Below are positions 39,767 through 49,885 of a stretch of DNA of 64,000 nt, piece by piece. The notes under the pieces were generated by a model. That model did no database searches and was not told the origin of the DNA. It saw nothing but the letters and a program-made list of their open reading frames with translations. Both the position numbers and the translations under genes were made by a program. The stretch covers positions 2,624,001 to 2,688,000 of the forward strand of contig OZ244937.1 of assembly GCA_965222075.1 (NCBI GenBank), written 5' to 3'. Every line of letters begins with the position of its first letter. Position 1 is the stretch's first letter. Source of the DNA: Candidatus Latescibacterota bacterium (GTDB lineage: Bacteria; Latescibacterota; UBA2968; GCA-2709665).

Positions 39767-40618
39767 TCAGGTCCTTAATCCGCACCTGTCCTGTGAATAG
39801 GCAGCCAGCCCACGGCAAACCTGTTCGAACTGCTCCATAGAGATGGCTTCCGGACGCAGAAGCGGGTCTACCCCCGCTCCTGAAAATACCCTGGCCAGAA
39901 CGTCCTCCTGGCCGTCAACCAGGCTCAAAAGCGTATTCTTGAGCATCTTCCGGCGCTGCTGGAAGGCCGTTCGAACCACCCGGAAGAAAACCCTTTCGTC
40001 TTCAACCCGCACCGGCGGCTCAGAGGTAAAATCCAGCCTGAGGACCGACGAATGGACCTTGGGGACGGGCGTAAAACGCTCGGGCGGAAGGTCAAAAAGC
40101 CACTCCGGGCGTGTCCGAAGCTGCACGGCGATCGACAAAATACCGTAGTCCTTCCCCCCCGGCAGCGCCGTCATTCGTCGGGCAACCTCCCGCTGGACGG
40201 TCAGAACCGCCCGTGTCAACACCGCTCGAGCATCCAGAATCTGTTCCACCACGGCGCCCGTAACCTGATACGGGAGGTTGCCCACCAGCACCGCACGCTC
40301 AAACCTCTCGCTTTGGACCAGCTCTGGAAAATTGACCTTCAACACGTCGCAATTTAAAATCGACAGATCGCCTCGGCGCCCACAGGCCTGCTGCAACAAC
40401 GTGCAAAGAGAAGGGTCCAGCTCGATCCCCACAACCCGCGACGCCACCTCCAGCAGCGGCCCCGTCAGCGCCCCCCGTCCCGGTCCGATCTCCACAACCA
40501 GGTCGTCCGCCCCCACACGGGCCGCTTCCACAATCCGGCTTACTGCAACAGGATCGATTAAGAAGTGCTGGCCCAGCCGTTTTGCGGCCCTTATCCTGCG
40601 CGTTCGGGCCACCATCAC
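39767..40618 (-). CDS. rsmA: 16S rRNA A1518/A1519 dimethyltransferase
   Basis: KRLGQHFL, EIGPGRG, GNLPY, PKVHS. Confidence 0.95.
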   Translation of the reverse strand: MMVARTRRIRAAKRLGQHFLIDPVAVSRIVEAARVGADDLVVEIGPGRGALTGPLLEVASRVVGIELDPSLCTLLQQACGRRGDLSILNCDVLKVNFPELVQSERFERAVLVGNLPYQVTGAVVEQILDARAVLTRAVLTVQREVARRMTALPGGKDYGILSIAVQLRTRPEWLFDLPPERFTPVPKVHSSVLRLDFTSEPPVRVEDERVFFRVVRTAFQQRRKMLKNTLLSLVDGQEDVLARVFSGAGVDPLLRPEAISMEQFEQVCRGLAAYSQDRCGLRT

Positions 40619-41385
40619 CTGCCCGGCAGCCTGAAGAGCCGGAGGGCGTTCTGCGTCGTCCGCTCAAACAACCGCTCCATCGGCACGCCCTCCTCTTGTG
40701 CAAGGCGTTGGGCCACGCACCGCACATAGGCCGGTTCGTTCCGGCGTCCCCGGTGCGGCACCGGCGCCAGATAGGGACAGTCGGTTTCCAGAACCAGCCG
40801 GTCTGGCGGCACCTGTAGGGCCACGGGCAGAGACGACGACTTTTTAAAGGTCACCGTCCCGCCAAACCCCAAGTAGAAATTGAGGCCCACGCCGCGTTTT
40901 GCCTGCTCCAGATCGCCCCCAAAGCAGTGCAGCACGCCGCCAACCTCGTCGGCCCGCTCCACCTCTAAGAGGTCCAGCACCCTCTCTTCGGCCCCGCGGC
41001 TGTGCACCACCAGCGGCAGACCCGTCTCCCTGGCCAGGCGGATGTGCCGTCTGAAGACCCGCTCCTGCACTTCGCGGGGCGCATAGTCCCGAAAAAAATC
41101 GAGCCCCGTCTCCCCTACCCCCACCACCTTCTCGTGTAACAGCAGGCCCGGAAGCTCTGTTAAAGACCGCTCCTCCACCTTCTCAACACCGTGCGGGTGA
41201 AACCCCGCCGTAGCATAGACCCCCTCCTGCCCCTGCGCCAGCGCCGCCGCCCGCCGGCTCACCTCCAGGGTTGTGCCCACATTCACAATCCGTGTGACCC
41301 CCGCCTTCCGGGCATTTTGAATCACCCCATCCCGGTCTTTTGAAAACTGGGGGGAATTCAGATGGGCATGCGTATCGACAAGCAT
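40615..41385 (-). CDS. tatD: TatD family hydrolase
   Basis: DTHAH, GETGLD, HSR, HCF, ETDCPYL. Confidence 0.93.
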   Translation of the reverse strand: MLVDTHAHLNSPQFSKDRDGVIQNARKAGVTRIVNVGTTLEVSRRAAALAQGQEGVYATAGFHPHGVEKVEERSLTELPGLLLHEKVVGVGETGLDFFRDYAPREVQERVFRRHIRLARETGLPLVVHSRGAEERVLDLLEVERADEVGGVLHCFGGDLEQAKRGVGLNFYLGFGGTVTFKKSSSLPVALQVPPDRLVLETDCPYLAPVPHRGRRNEPAYVRCVAQRLAQEEGVPMERLFERTTQNALRLFRLPGR

Positions 41386-41417
41386 CGTCAGGTCTTTTTA
41401 TCCGTGGTTGCTTTTCC

Positions 41418-43346
41418 CTAACTCACTGCGGTCCCGTCCGGCACCTCCGAATCGGGTCGAAGCAGCGCCAGATGCCCATCTCCCGAGGCCGCCAGGAGCA
41501 TACCCTCCGACGCCACCCCCCGGATGGTTGCGGGCGCTAAGTTGGCCACCACCACAATCTGAGCTCCAACCAGCGCATCTGGCTCGTAGCGCTGGGCCAC
41601 GCCCGCAACAAGCTGGCGTTTCTCATCCCCCAGGTTCACCTGCAGCTTCAAGAGGCGGTCGGCCCCCTCGACCCGTTCTGCGGCCTCAATCCGGGCCACC
41701 CGGAGGTCCAGCTTTTGAAATTCCTGAAAGGATATCCGGTCCTTGCGTTCCTCCGACATTTGATGCTCCCTGGTGTCTTTTTCATCCGATTCTGTCTCTG
41801 CTTCAATCAATGTCCCGTCAACCCTTGGGAAGACCGGTTCGGCTGCCTGAACCTTCAAGCCGGCCCGAAGCCCTCCCCACGACTTCAGACCCTGAAGCCG
41901 CTGGTCCTCCAGCGCCCCCGCCGCGCCAACCTGTTCCCAGATCTCCCGGGCCTTTTCAGGCATCACCGGAAAAAGCAGAACGGCCAGGTGACGCATCGTC
42001 TCCAACAGCCCGTAGATCGTGGCCTCAAGCGCCTCACGTTTGTCCGGATGCTTTGCCAGGTTCCAGGGAGCCTGGACCTCGACAAACCGGTTGGCCTCCC
42101 GCACCAGTCCCCAGATCGCATCTAAGATGTCGGTAGGATTTAAATCTTCCAGGGCATTCCCCACCCTGTCCAACGTCTTCAAGGCCTGCTTCCGCAAAGG
42201 CCCCGGCACCGCATGGTCGGCCTCGACTTGGGGGACCTCTCCCCCCACATACCGATCGGCCATAACCACCGTGCGGTTCAGCAAATTCCCCAGGTCGTTT
42301 GCCAGCTCCGCGTTGTACCGCTGAACAAAGGCCGCTTCGCTGAAGCTGCTGTCCAGACCCAGCACCATTTCCCGGACCAAGAAATACCGAAAGGCATCCA
42401 CCCCGTATTTATCGGCAAGGTCCAGCGGACGGACCACGTTCCTCAGAGACTTGCTCATCTTCGCCTCGTCCACCAGCCACCATCCGTGGGGCATCACCGT
42501 CTCGGGAATCGGAAGCCCGATGGCCTTCAGCATGGTCGGCCAGTACACACAGTGCGTCGTAACAATATCCTTTCCGATCAGATGGCAGGACGCAGGCCAC
42601 CATCGGTTGAATTCCCCATCGTCCTGCAGATAACCCGGCGCGGTGATATAATTGATCAGGGCGTCGAACCAGACATAGCAGACATAAGCCTCGTCAAACG
42701 GAAGCGGAACACCCCAGGCCAGCCTCGCTTTGGGCCGGGAAATACACAGGTCATTGAGGGGATTTTTCAGGAACCCCAGAACTTCGTTTTGGCGTGTCCC
42801 GGGCCGGATGAACCGGGGATGCGTCTGAATGTGTTGAATCAACCATTCCTGATACCTGCCCATTCGAAAGAAATAGTTCTTCTCCGAAATCCGGATCACC
42901 CCACGCCCGCACTCCGGGCATTTCCTCTCCACCAGATCTTTCTCCGTCCAGAAGCGCTCGTCAGGAACGCAGTACCATCCTTCGTAATCGTCCGCATAGA
43001 TCTCCCCCGCGTCCCAGAGCCGCTGCAGGATCTCCCGGACCACCCTGCGGTGCCTCGCCTCGGTCGTACGGATAAAATCGTCGTGCGAAATGTTCAGAGA
43101 CTTCCACTGCGCCTGGAAGCGGAGCACCATCTCATCGCAGTGGGCCTGCGGGGAGATCCCCCGCGCCTTTGCCGCCTGCTCCACCTTTTGACCGTGTTCG
43201 TCTGTACCGGTCAAAAACAGCACCTCGTCCCCTGCCGTCCTGTGGTACCGGGCCAGCACATCGGCCATAATCGTCGTATACGCATGGCCGATGTGGGGAT
43301 CGTCGTTTACGTAGTAAATCGGTGTAGTAATATAAAACTTGCCCAT
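41418..43346 (-). CDS. metG: Methionine--tRNA ligase with C-terminal tRNA-binding domain
   Basis: YYVN..PHIGH, KMSKS, C-terminal EMAP-like domain. Confidence 0.96.
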   Translation of the reverse strand: MGKFYITTPIYYVNDDPHIGHAYTTIMADVLARYHRTAGDEVLFLTGTDEHGQKVEQAAKARGISPQAHCDEMVLRFQAQWKSLNISHDDFIRTTEARHRRVVREILQRLWDAGEIYADDYEGWYCVPDERFWTEKDLVERKCPECGRGVIRISEKNYFFRMGRYQEWLIQHIQTHPRFIRPGTRQNEVLGFLKNPLNDLCISRPKARLAWGVPLPFDEAYVCYVWFDALINYITAPGYLQDDGEFNRWWPASCHLIGKDIVTTHCVYWPTMLKAIGLPIPETVMPHGWWLVDEAKMSKSLRNVVRPLDLADKYGVDAFRYFLVREMVLGLDSSFSEAAFVQRYNAELANDLGNLLNRTVVMADRYVGGEVPQVEADHAVPGPLRKQALKTLDRVGNALEDLNPTDILDAIWGLVREANRFVEVQAPWNLAKHPDKREALEATIYGLLETMRHLAVLLFPVMPEKAREIWEQVGAAGALEDQRLQGLKSWGGLRAGLKVQAAEPVFPRVDGTLIEAETESDEKDTREHQMSEERKDRISFQEFQKLDLRVARIEAAERVEGADRLLKLQVNLGDEKRQLVAGVAQRYEPDALVGAQIVVVANLAPATIRGVASEGMLLAASGDGHLALLRPDSEVPDGTAVS

Positions 43347-43450
43347 TGAGATAACTTTTCTGGCACCTACCGCAAACAATAGGGTGAACCGTTTTTCTGC
43401 GTATGCGTTCAAATAAATCAAGGGGGTTACAAAATGCTAAGTGCTGTGCG

Positions 43451-44512
43451 CTATGCGTACTGTCTCACCTGCCGCCAGAGAGAGACCAGTCCCAGGTGAA
43501 AGTTGACATTTCGGTTGTTCATCTCCCGGAGAGCTTCTACCCTGCCAACCGTCTGCTGCAACCGCTCTGTGTCAAACGCCTCCGACAACCGTTCAATATC
43601 GCGCAAACGCGTCCGATGCGAAACCCGATCGGCGTCTCCGTTTCGATAAATCAGAATATCCCGCAGCCAGACTACCGCGCCTCCCAACACATGCAGCCCC
43701 TTCTGCCGGTCTGAAGCCAGCTGCTCCAGCGCCGTATACGTCTTGAACTCCTCTCCCCAGATCAGGGCTTCTAAAAACCGGTACGCCCGATCCTGTACAT
43801 CTTCCACCTCCGTATCGGCCATCTCCCGGGCCCGCCGGAGGTTGCCCCCGCACGAGCGCGCAATAAACCAGGCGTGATCGGCGCCAAGGCCCATTTGTGC
43901 GATTAGCGTCTCCGCCACGTCCCGGATGGAAAGGGGCGAAAACGTCTGGACCTGGCATCGGGACACAACTGTAGGCAGCAGGACCTCGGAACTGGGTGCG
44001 GTCAGGATCAGCACAGACCGATCCGGCGGTTCCTCTAAGGTCTTAAGCAGGGCATTGGAGGCCTCGGGACGCATGTGGTCCGCATGAAGAATGACGGCCG
44101 TTCGCCATGCGCCTTCAAAGGCTCCATAAGAGAACTGCTTCTGGAGCTCCCGGATCCGATCCACGGAAATGGTCGCGGTCGCCTCCGGCAGCGAATAACC
44201 GTAGGGGTCCTGCATCACCTCCTGCAAGATCCCCCGCTGGACATCTTGTATGGTACGTGCAGAAAAGGGAAACAGCAGCGACAAATCGGCGTGGTTCAAA
44301 GCCGCCGTTTTTCGACATCCCCTGCAGGTTCCACACGTCCCCTCCGCCCCTTGTTCGCAGTGCAGCGTCCGGGCCATCTCTAAGGCGGCTGCACCCCCCC
44401 CCGTCCCGGCGGGTCCGACAAACAGGAGGGCATGGGGAATCCGACCGGTTTGGATAAGCCGCTTGAGAAAGACAACGGCCCGCCTCTGACCTACCACGCA
44501 CGAATCAAACAT
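43451..44512 (-). CDS. holB: DNA polymerase III delta' subunit
   Basis: HALLFVGP, C..CGTCRGC zinc module, NALLKTLEEPP, SRC. Confidence 0.9.
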   Translation of the reverse strand: MFDSCVVGQRRAVVFLKRLIQTGRIPHALLFVGPAGTGGGAAALEMARTLHCEQGAEGTCGTCRGCRKTAALNHADLSLLFPFSARTIQDVQRGILQEVMQDPYGYSLPEATATISVDRIRELQKQFSYGAFEGAWRTAVILHADHMRPEASNALLKTLEEPPDRSVLILTAPSSEVLLPTVVSRCQVQTFSPLSIRDVAETLIAQMGLGADHAWFIARSCGGNLRRAREMADTEVEDVQDRAYRFLEALIWGEEFKTYTALEQLASDRQKGLHVLGGAVVWLRDILIYRNGDADRVSHRTRLRDIERLSEAFDTERLQQTVGRVEALREMNNRNVNFHLGLVSLWRQVRQYA

Positions 44513-44522
44513 CGCCCATCCC

Positions 44523-45107
44523 TCAAATGCGCTGATAAAGTGGCGTAACGGTGCCTCCCAACCCGTCGGAGAGTTTCCCCCGGAGGGCCTTCAACATCAC
44601 AAGCGCATCCTCTCTGGGCCGGCTGTAATAGCCCCTCCGAATCGCTACGGTTTGGAATCCAACCTGCTTATAAAGGGCAATTGCTGCCCTATTCGAACCG
44701 CGCACTTCCAAAGACACAAGGCTGACCGGCCGACGTTTGAGCACATCCAGCAGCACATCCAACAGCTGCCGCCCTATGCCCCGGTTCTGTAGGTCTGGAT
44801 GAACGGCAAAGTCGGCCAGGTGGAATTCTTCCATCACAAAAAACCCGAGGGCATAGCCGATGACCCGGCCCTCCACTAAGCAGACAACGCCATAGCTGCC
44901 CTCTCTGGCCAGGGCATACTGAAAATCTTTCAGCCGCCAGGGGTTGGAAAACACAGCCTGCTCAATCTCCAGCACGGCATCCAGATACGCCTCGTCCATC
45001 TCCTCCAGTACAAACAGCAGTGCATCGGAGTCTATTCTCCCCTCCCCGCTTCGGGGAGGAGCCGTGGGAGGGGTCTCAATGGGCAATTTGCATTTCTCAA
45101 TTTTCAA
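44523..45107 (-). CDS. rimI: Ribosomal-protein-alanine N-acetyltransferase; start uncertain
   Basis: FSNPW, QNRGIG, LEVRGSN, RRGYY..EDA; follows tsaB. Confidence 0.88.
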   Translation of the reverse strand: MKIEKCKLPIETPPTAPPRSGEGRIDSDALLFVLEEMDEAYLDAVLEIEQAVFSNPWRLKDFQYALAREGSYGVVCLVEGRVIGYALGFFVMEEFHLADFAVHPDLQNRGIGRQLLDVLLDVLKRRPVSLVSLEVRGSNRAAIALYKQVGFQTVAIRRGYYSRPREDALVMLKALRGKLSDGLGGTVTPLYQRI

Positions 45108-45807
45108 TTTTCAATTCCCTGAGGCGTTCCTCTCGCACCCATTCGGCCTGCGAACGCCTCAGATAGCTGGGTTCTGCCTTGGAAAGATCCTCGACCTCAC
45201 CCGCCATCAGCCGGCGTATCCCCAGCAACGCCACCGATGCCGCACCGGGGCGGTTGAGGGCTCCGGATACAAAATGGGCCTCCCCCTCCAGAACGTCCAG
45301 AATCCGGTCGCGGTAGACGACCGCCCCCTCTCCCACGAACAGAACCGGCCGGGACAACCGCCCCAACAGGTCACCTACCCCAAGGACGGCGTCGGGGACC
45401 AGGCAGGCCAGCCGCTTCCCATCCAGTTGGTAAACCCCCGCGTACACTTCCCCCCGACGCGCATCCAGCATCGAACAGGTCGCCATCCCCCCAACAGCCA
45501 CCCGCAGCGCCAGCGCTTCCAGGGTAGGCACGCTCAGCAGGGACAGACCCGAGGCCAGACAGAGCCCCTTGGCACTGCTCATCCCAATCCGCAAACCGGT
45601 AAACGAACCCGGACCGGCAGAAACGCCCACACCGTCCAGATCGGAGGGCCCCATCCCGGCGTCCTCTAAAACCCGCTGGACCATCGGCAGCACCCGCCTG
45701 GCATGCTGCACGCCCACATCCAGTGTATACTCGGCAACCACCCGGTCCGAATCCGCCAGGGCCACACTGCAAACAGGCGTTGCCGTCTCAATCCCCAACA
45801 CACGCAT
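45097..45807 (-). CDS. tsaB: t6A biosynthesis protein TsaB
   Basis: LGIETAT, GPGSFTGLRIG, DARRGEVY. Confidence 0.94.
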   Translation of the reverse strand: MRVLGIETATPVCSVALADSDRVVAEYTLDVGVQHARRVLPMVQRVLEDAGMGPSDLDGVGVSAGPGSFTGLRIGMSSAKGLCLASGLSLLSVPTLEALALRVAVGGMATCSMLDARRGEVYAGVYQLDGKRLACLVPDAVLGVGDLLGRLSRPVLFVGEGAVVYRDRILDVLEGEAHFVSGALNRPGAASVALLGIRRLMAGEVEDLSKAEPSYLRRSQAEWVREERLRELKIEN

Positions 45808-45889
45808 CGCACGGCCTCTGTGAGTCCGGACAACCGACCACCGACGCGGACGAGACGCGTGGGGCCTGCTGTCTGTCGTCCGTCGTCTC

Positions 45890-46912
45890 TTACAACAACC
45901 GTCCCTGCTCACCCTCCGGCGGCTTCATCCCCAGGTGCCGGTAAGCCCGTTCGGTCGCCTGGCGACCCCGAGGTTTGCGGATCAGGTACCCCTGCTGGAT
46001 CAAATAAGGTTCGTAGACGTCTTCAATCGTATCCGTCTCTTCCCCAAGTGCGGCCGACAGGTTGTTCAGCCCCACCGGTCCCCCGCTGAACTTCTCGATC
46101 AGGATCAAGAGCAGCCGACGGTCCATCTCGTCCAGCCCCTCTGTATCGATATCTAAGAGTTTGAGTGCATGAACGGCCACGTTATGGGTAATCACCCCAT
46201 CGGCGCGGGCCTGGGCAAAATCCCTGGAGCGGTCCAGCAGCCGGTTGGCAATTCGCGCGGTGCCCCGCGCCCGGCGGGCAATCTCTTTGGCCCCGTCCGG
46301 CTCGATGTCGATCTTCAAGATCCGCGCCGAACGCTCAACAATAAATTTGATCTCCGCCTCCGAATAGAAATCGAGCCGCTCAAGAATCCCGAACCGGGTC
46401 CGCATCGGACTGGTCAACAGCCCCAATCGGGTAGTCGCTCCCACCAGCGTAAACGGCTCTAAGGGGATCCGGTAGGATCGGGCGCTCGGCCCGCTGTCGA
46501 CCATAATATCGAGCGTAAAATCCTCCATCGCCGAGTAGAGTGTCTCTTCCACCACCCGGTTCATCCGGTGAATCTCATCGATAAAAAACACATCCCGCTC
46601 GTTCAGATTGGTAAGAATGCCCGCCAGGTCCGCCGCCCGCTCCAGCACAGGCCCCGATGTGGGCACAACCTCCACCCCCAGTTCGTGGGCAATCACGTAG
46701 GCCAGGGTCGTCTTTCCCAGCCCAGGCGGCCCGTAGAGCAGCGCGTGGTCCATCGCATCGCCCCGGTGCAGCGCGGCTTCAACCGCAATCCGGAGCTTGT
46801 CCTTCACCTTCTCCTGTCCTGTCATGTCCTCAAACCGGACCGGCCGCAGCCGCTCGTCCGACTCAAACTCGTCCCCATCCTGCGCATTGGGGGCATTTAT
46901 CCGCTTATCCAT
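45890..46912 (-). CDS. ruvB: Holliday junction helicase RuvB
   Basis: [26 protein letters not shown]. Confidence 0.97.
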   Translation of the reverse strand: MDKRINAPNAQDGDEFESDERLRPVRFEDMTGQEKVKDKLRIAVEAALHRGDAMDHALLYGPPGLGKTTLAYVIAHELGVEVVPTSGPVLERAADLAGILTNLNERDVFFIDEIHRMNRVVEETLYSAMEDFTLDIMVDSGPSARSYRIPLEPFTLVGATTRLGLLTSPMRTRFGILERLDFYSEAEIKFIVERSARILKIDIEPDGAKEIARRARGTARIANRLLDRSRDFAQARADGVITHNVAVHALKLLDIDTEGLDEMDRRLLLILIEKFSGGPVGLNNLSAALGEETDTIEDVYEPYLIQQGYLIRKPRGRQATERAYRHLGMKPPEGEQGRLL

Positions 46913-46940
46913 ACCAAACCCTTCCTTTCCAACCCCAGCC

Positions 46941-47020
46941 GCGAGTCATGAGTCGCGAGTCGAAGCCAAAAGCGGCGGAGAGGCGGGGAACTCGTGACCC
47001 GTGACCCGCGACTTTTGACT
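46941..47020. repeat. Inverted pair of 7-bp tandem arrays between ruvA and ruvB
   Basis: GCGAGTC-ATGAGTC-GCGAGTC ... ACTCGTG-ACCCGTG-ACCCGCG-ACTTTTG. Confidence 0.75.
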
Positions 47021-47026
47021 ATCCTT

Positions 47027-47620
47027 CTAAATCCGTTTCAACGCCAGCCGGATCACCTCCTCCACCGCCACTTCGTCCCCGCCTTCCTGAATCACCAGCG
47101 CCACCACCCTCCGCGCCTGGAGGGGGTTTGTGCCCAGGCCGATCAGGGCCCTGGTCGCCTCTTCCAGCTGGTCCAGTGCCCCCTCCGCCACGATCTCTTC
47201 CATACCCTCAGGCGCAAGCGTCCCGACCCGGTCCTTCAGTTCCAGGACCAGCCGCTGCGCGAGTTTCTGGCCGATGCCCTTAATACGCGTCAGTCCCTTG
47301 ATATCCTCCGCAAAGACCAGCTGCTGGAAGTCCGCAATCGAGACGCCCGACAGGATCTTCTGGGCCAACGGAGGGCCGATTCCAGCAACCGAGATCAACA
47401 TCTCGAACAGATCCCGCTCCGCCTGGGTCATAAATCCGTAGAGCGCCATCGCGTCTTCCCGCACATACAGATGGGTCAGAACCTTGATCGTCTTCCCGAC
47501 CTCCTGCGCCCCGTCATAGCTCGAAAGCGGAATATGCACATAAAGCCCAACGCCTCCCACATCCACGATGAGGTGCGTTGGACTTTTGGCCACCAGCCTG
47601 CCCTCTAAGTAAGAAACCAT
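47027..47620 (-). CDS. ruvA: Holliday junction DNA-binding protein RuvA
   Basis: VDVGGVG, VRED..LYGF, GIGP and GIGQK HhH motifs. Confidence 0.95.
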   Translation of the reverse strand: MVSYLEGRLVAKSPTHLIVDVGGVGLYVHIPLSSYDGAQEVGKTIKVLTHLYVREDAMALYGFMTQAERDLFEMLISVAGIGPPLAQKILSGVSIADFQQLVFAEDIKGLTRIKGIGQKLAQRLVLELKDRVGTLAPEGMEEIVAEGALDQLEEATRALIGLGTNPLQARRVVALVIQEGGDEVAVEEVIRLALKRI

Positions 47621-47627
47621 CGGCCTC

Positions 47628-48257
47628 TTATCGCCCTCCCCGCCTGGTGAGCGCACGCCGGGACTTCGGATCCAGCTTCGCGGCCTTTATCTTCTCATCC
47701 AGCCGATTGGGCCGCCGGTCGTAGGCCCCGGCTTCCCGCAGTTTGGCCTCCAGATCGTTCTTCTCACGCCCCCCATGTCCCTCCAGCAGCCCGCCCCGGT
47801 TCGCATGACAAAGGGCAATGGCCACGGCATCGGTGACATCGTAGGTCTCGGGCAGTTTGTCCATCTCGAAAATACGCTGAACCATAAACTGCACCTGCTC
47901 CTTGGAGGCGCCCCCCCGCCCTACCACCGCCTTCTTGACCTCTCTGGGCGAATACTCAAAAATCGGGAGGTACGAATTGGCCAGGGCCAGCAGAATCGCC
48001 CCTCGTGCATGACACATCTTCATCAGGGTCTGCACATTGGCCCCGTAGAAGACCGCCTCCACCGCAACCTCATCCGGCGCCACATTGGAGACCAGTTCGA
48101 GCAGGCCGTCGTAAATCTCCAAAAGCCGCCGGGCAAAGGGCAGCTTGGCGTCTGGCCTCAGACAGCCGCAGGTCATCAATCTGCTCTTCCGGTTTTGATG
48201 TTCCACAACACCATAACCGGTAACCACGCTACCGGGGTCGATACCCAGGATAACCAC
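47628..48257 (-). CDS. ruvC: Holliday junction resolvase RuvC with basic C-terminal extension
   Basis: ILGIDPG, AVE, VKKAVVG.G.ASKEQV, DAVAIA. Confidence 0.94.
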   Translation of the reverse strand: MVILGIDPGSVVTGYGVVEHQNRKSRLMTCGCLRPDAKLPFARRLLEIYDGLLELVSNVAPDEVAVEAVFYGANVQTLMKMCHARGAILLALANSYLPIFEYSPREVKKAVVGRGGASKEQVQFMVQRIFEMDKLPETYDVTDAVAIALCHANRGGLLEGHGGREKNDLEAKLREAGAYDRRPNRLDEKIKAAKLDPKSRRALTRRGGR

Positions 48258-48363
48258 ACAACCCCCCTTGCACAGGGAGAATAGAGAGGAAAGGTCAAAG
48301 AAGGAGGGGAGGAGGGAGGAAAATCGGAACGCTTGGTATTTCTGATTCCGTGGTGTTTTATGC

Positions 48364-49113
48364 CTAAGAAGCCAGTGCTGCCAATTCCTGATCGTCCATC
48401 TCAAAGTTCGCATATACCCGCTGCACATCGTCGTGGTCTTCCAGCACCTCCAGCAGGGTCAAAATCCGCTTTGCCAGCTTCCCCTCCAAGGGTACTGTAT
48501 TTTGGGGAATTCGGGTCAATTCCGCCCGTTCGCAGGCAATGTTTTTCGCCTCTAAGGCCTTTCGGACCTGGTCGAATTCCTGCATCGGTGTGTAGACCTC
48601 ATACCTGTCCTCTTCCTCGACCATGTCCTCCGCACCCGCATCTAACACAACCGTCATCAACGTCTCTTCGTCCACATCGTTTTGGTTGACCACAAACAGT
48701 CCCTTCTGGTCAAAAATCCAGGCTACCGCGCCGCTTTCAGCCATGCTGGCATTATACTTGTTGAACAGGTGCCGGATCTCCGAAACCGTCCGGTTCTTGT
48801 TGTCCGTCAACACCTCTACAAACAGCGCCGTGCCCCCCGGCCCATACCCCTCGTAAACGGCCCCCTCATAGGATTCCCCGGGAAGCTCTCCGATCCCCTT
48901 CTTGATGGCCCGCTCGATGTTGGCCGCTGGCATATTTTCAGACTTGGCGTTGAGAACCGCAGCCCGCAAACGGGGATTGTTCGCCTCTTCGCCGCCTCCC
49001 TCCCGAGCGGCAACCGTAATCTCCCGAATCAACTTGCTAAACAACTTCCCGCGTGCCGCATCGGCCCTGCCCTTCCTGTACTTGATGTTCGCCCACTTCG
49101 AATGTCCGGCCAT
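48364..49113 (-). CDS. yebC: YebC/PmpR family protein
   Basis: MAGHSKWANIK, YEGYGPGG, DDVQRVYAN; upstream of ruvCAB. Confidence 0.95.
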   Translation of the reverse strand: MAGHSKWANIKYRKGRADAARGKLFSKLIREITVAAREGGGEEANNPRLRAAVLNAKSENMPAANIERAIKKGIGELPGESYEGAVYEGYGPGGTALFVEVLTDNKNRTVSEIRHLFNKYNASMAESGAVAWIFDQKGLFVVNQNDVDEETLMTVVLDAGAEDMVEEEDRYEVYTPMQEFDQVRKALEAKNIACERAELTRIPQNTVPLEGKLAKRILTLLEVLEDHDDVQRVYANFEMDDQELAALAS

Positions 49114-49232
49114 AGAGGCACCAACCTCCTTCCAAAGACCTGAGCCTTCTGTGCCAAATCGCCCTAACTCTTTGATAATATAGCAAGAAAAACATATGAA
49201 GGCAAGATAAAATCGGGCTGTGCGCCCCTCCC

Positions 49233-49802
49233 CTATCGCTTCTCAACCAGAAGGAAAAATTCTCGGTTTCCCCCGCTGCCCGGCACCTTCGACTCAACCC
49301 GTTTCGCAACCGGGATATCCGACTGCTCCAGCCCTTGAATCACGCGTGTGACCACATCCTCCAAACAATCCGGCAGCACCACGCCCCCCTCACGTTCAAA
49401 CGCCCCTGCCTCGTATTGGGGCTTGAGCAGCGCCACCACATCCCCCTGCTCTCCCAAGAGGGCCACTGCCTTGGGCAGGATAAGCCCAAGCGGGGTCCAC
49501 CCGACGTCAACCACCACCAGATCAAGGGGTTCGGGCAGGGTCACGTGCAGGGCATTCTCCCGCTCCAGCACCACCACCCGGCGATCCTGCCGCAACTTCC
49601 AGCCGAGCACCCCGTAGCCCGTATCAATCGCATAGACCCGAGCCGCCCCCCGCTGCAGCAAACAATCCGTAAACCCGCCCACATTGGCCCCCAAATCTGC
49701 CGCTACACACCCCGCCACATCCACCTCAAGCGCCTCCAGAGCGCCCTCCAGCTTATCGCCGCCTCGGCTGATAAACCGCCGACTTTTGAGGCGTCTTACC
49801 AC
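49233..49802 (-). CDS. TlyA-family 2'-O-methyltransferase lacking the N-terminal S4 domain
   Basis: SRGGDKL, DLGANVGGFTDCLLQRGA, KPQYE, GNREF; GTG start preceded by AAGGAGG. Confidence 0.85.
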   Translation of the reverse strand: MVRRLKSRRFISRGGDKLEGALEALEVDVAGCVAADLGANVGGFTDCLLQRGAARVYAIDTGYGVLGWKLRQDRRVVVLERENALHVTLPEPLDLVVVDVGWTPLGLILPKAVALLGEQGDVVALLKPQYEAGAFEREGGVVLPDCLEDVVTRVIQGLEQSDIPVAKRVESKVPGSGGNREFFLLVEKR

Positions 49803-49825
49803 CCCGCGACCTCCTTTCCCATTGA

Positions 49826-49858
49826 CAAAAAAAGGCGGCGCCCGGGAGCGCCGCCTTG
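49826..49858 (-). terminator. Rho-independent terminator after EF-G2
   Basis: AAGGCGGCGC/GCGCCGCCTT stem with T run on the minus strand. Confidence 0.75.
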
Positions 49859-49885
49859 AAACTACGGTGAATAACCCGCTTCCAC

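Noticed and set aside
43451-44512. Degenerate Walker A (GPAGTGGG) in holB
   Set aside because: Expected for the catalytically inactive delta' subunit
46941-47020. Repeats considered as a CRISPR array
   Set aside because: Units are 7 bp with no unique spacers, and there are no cas genes in the window
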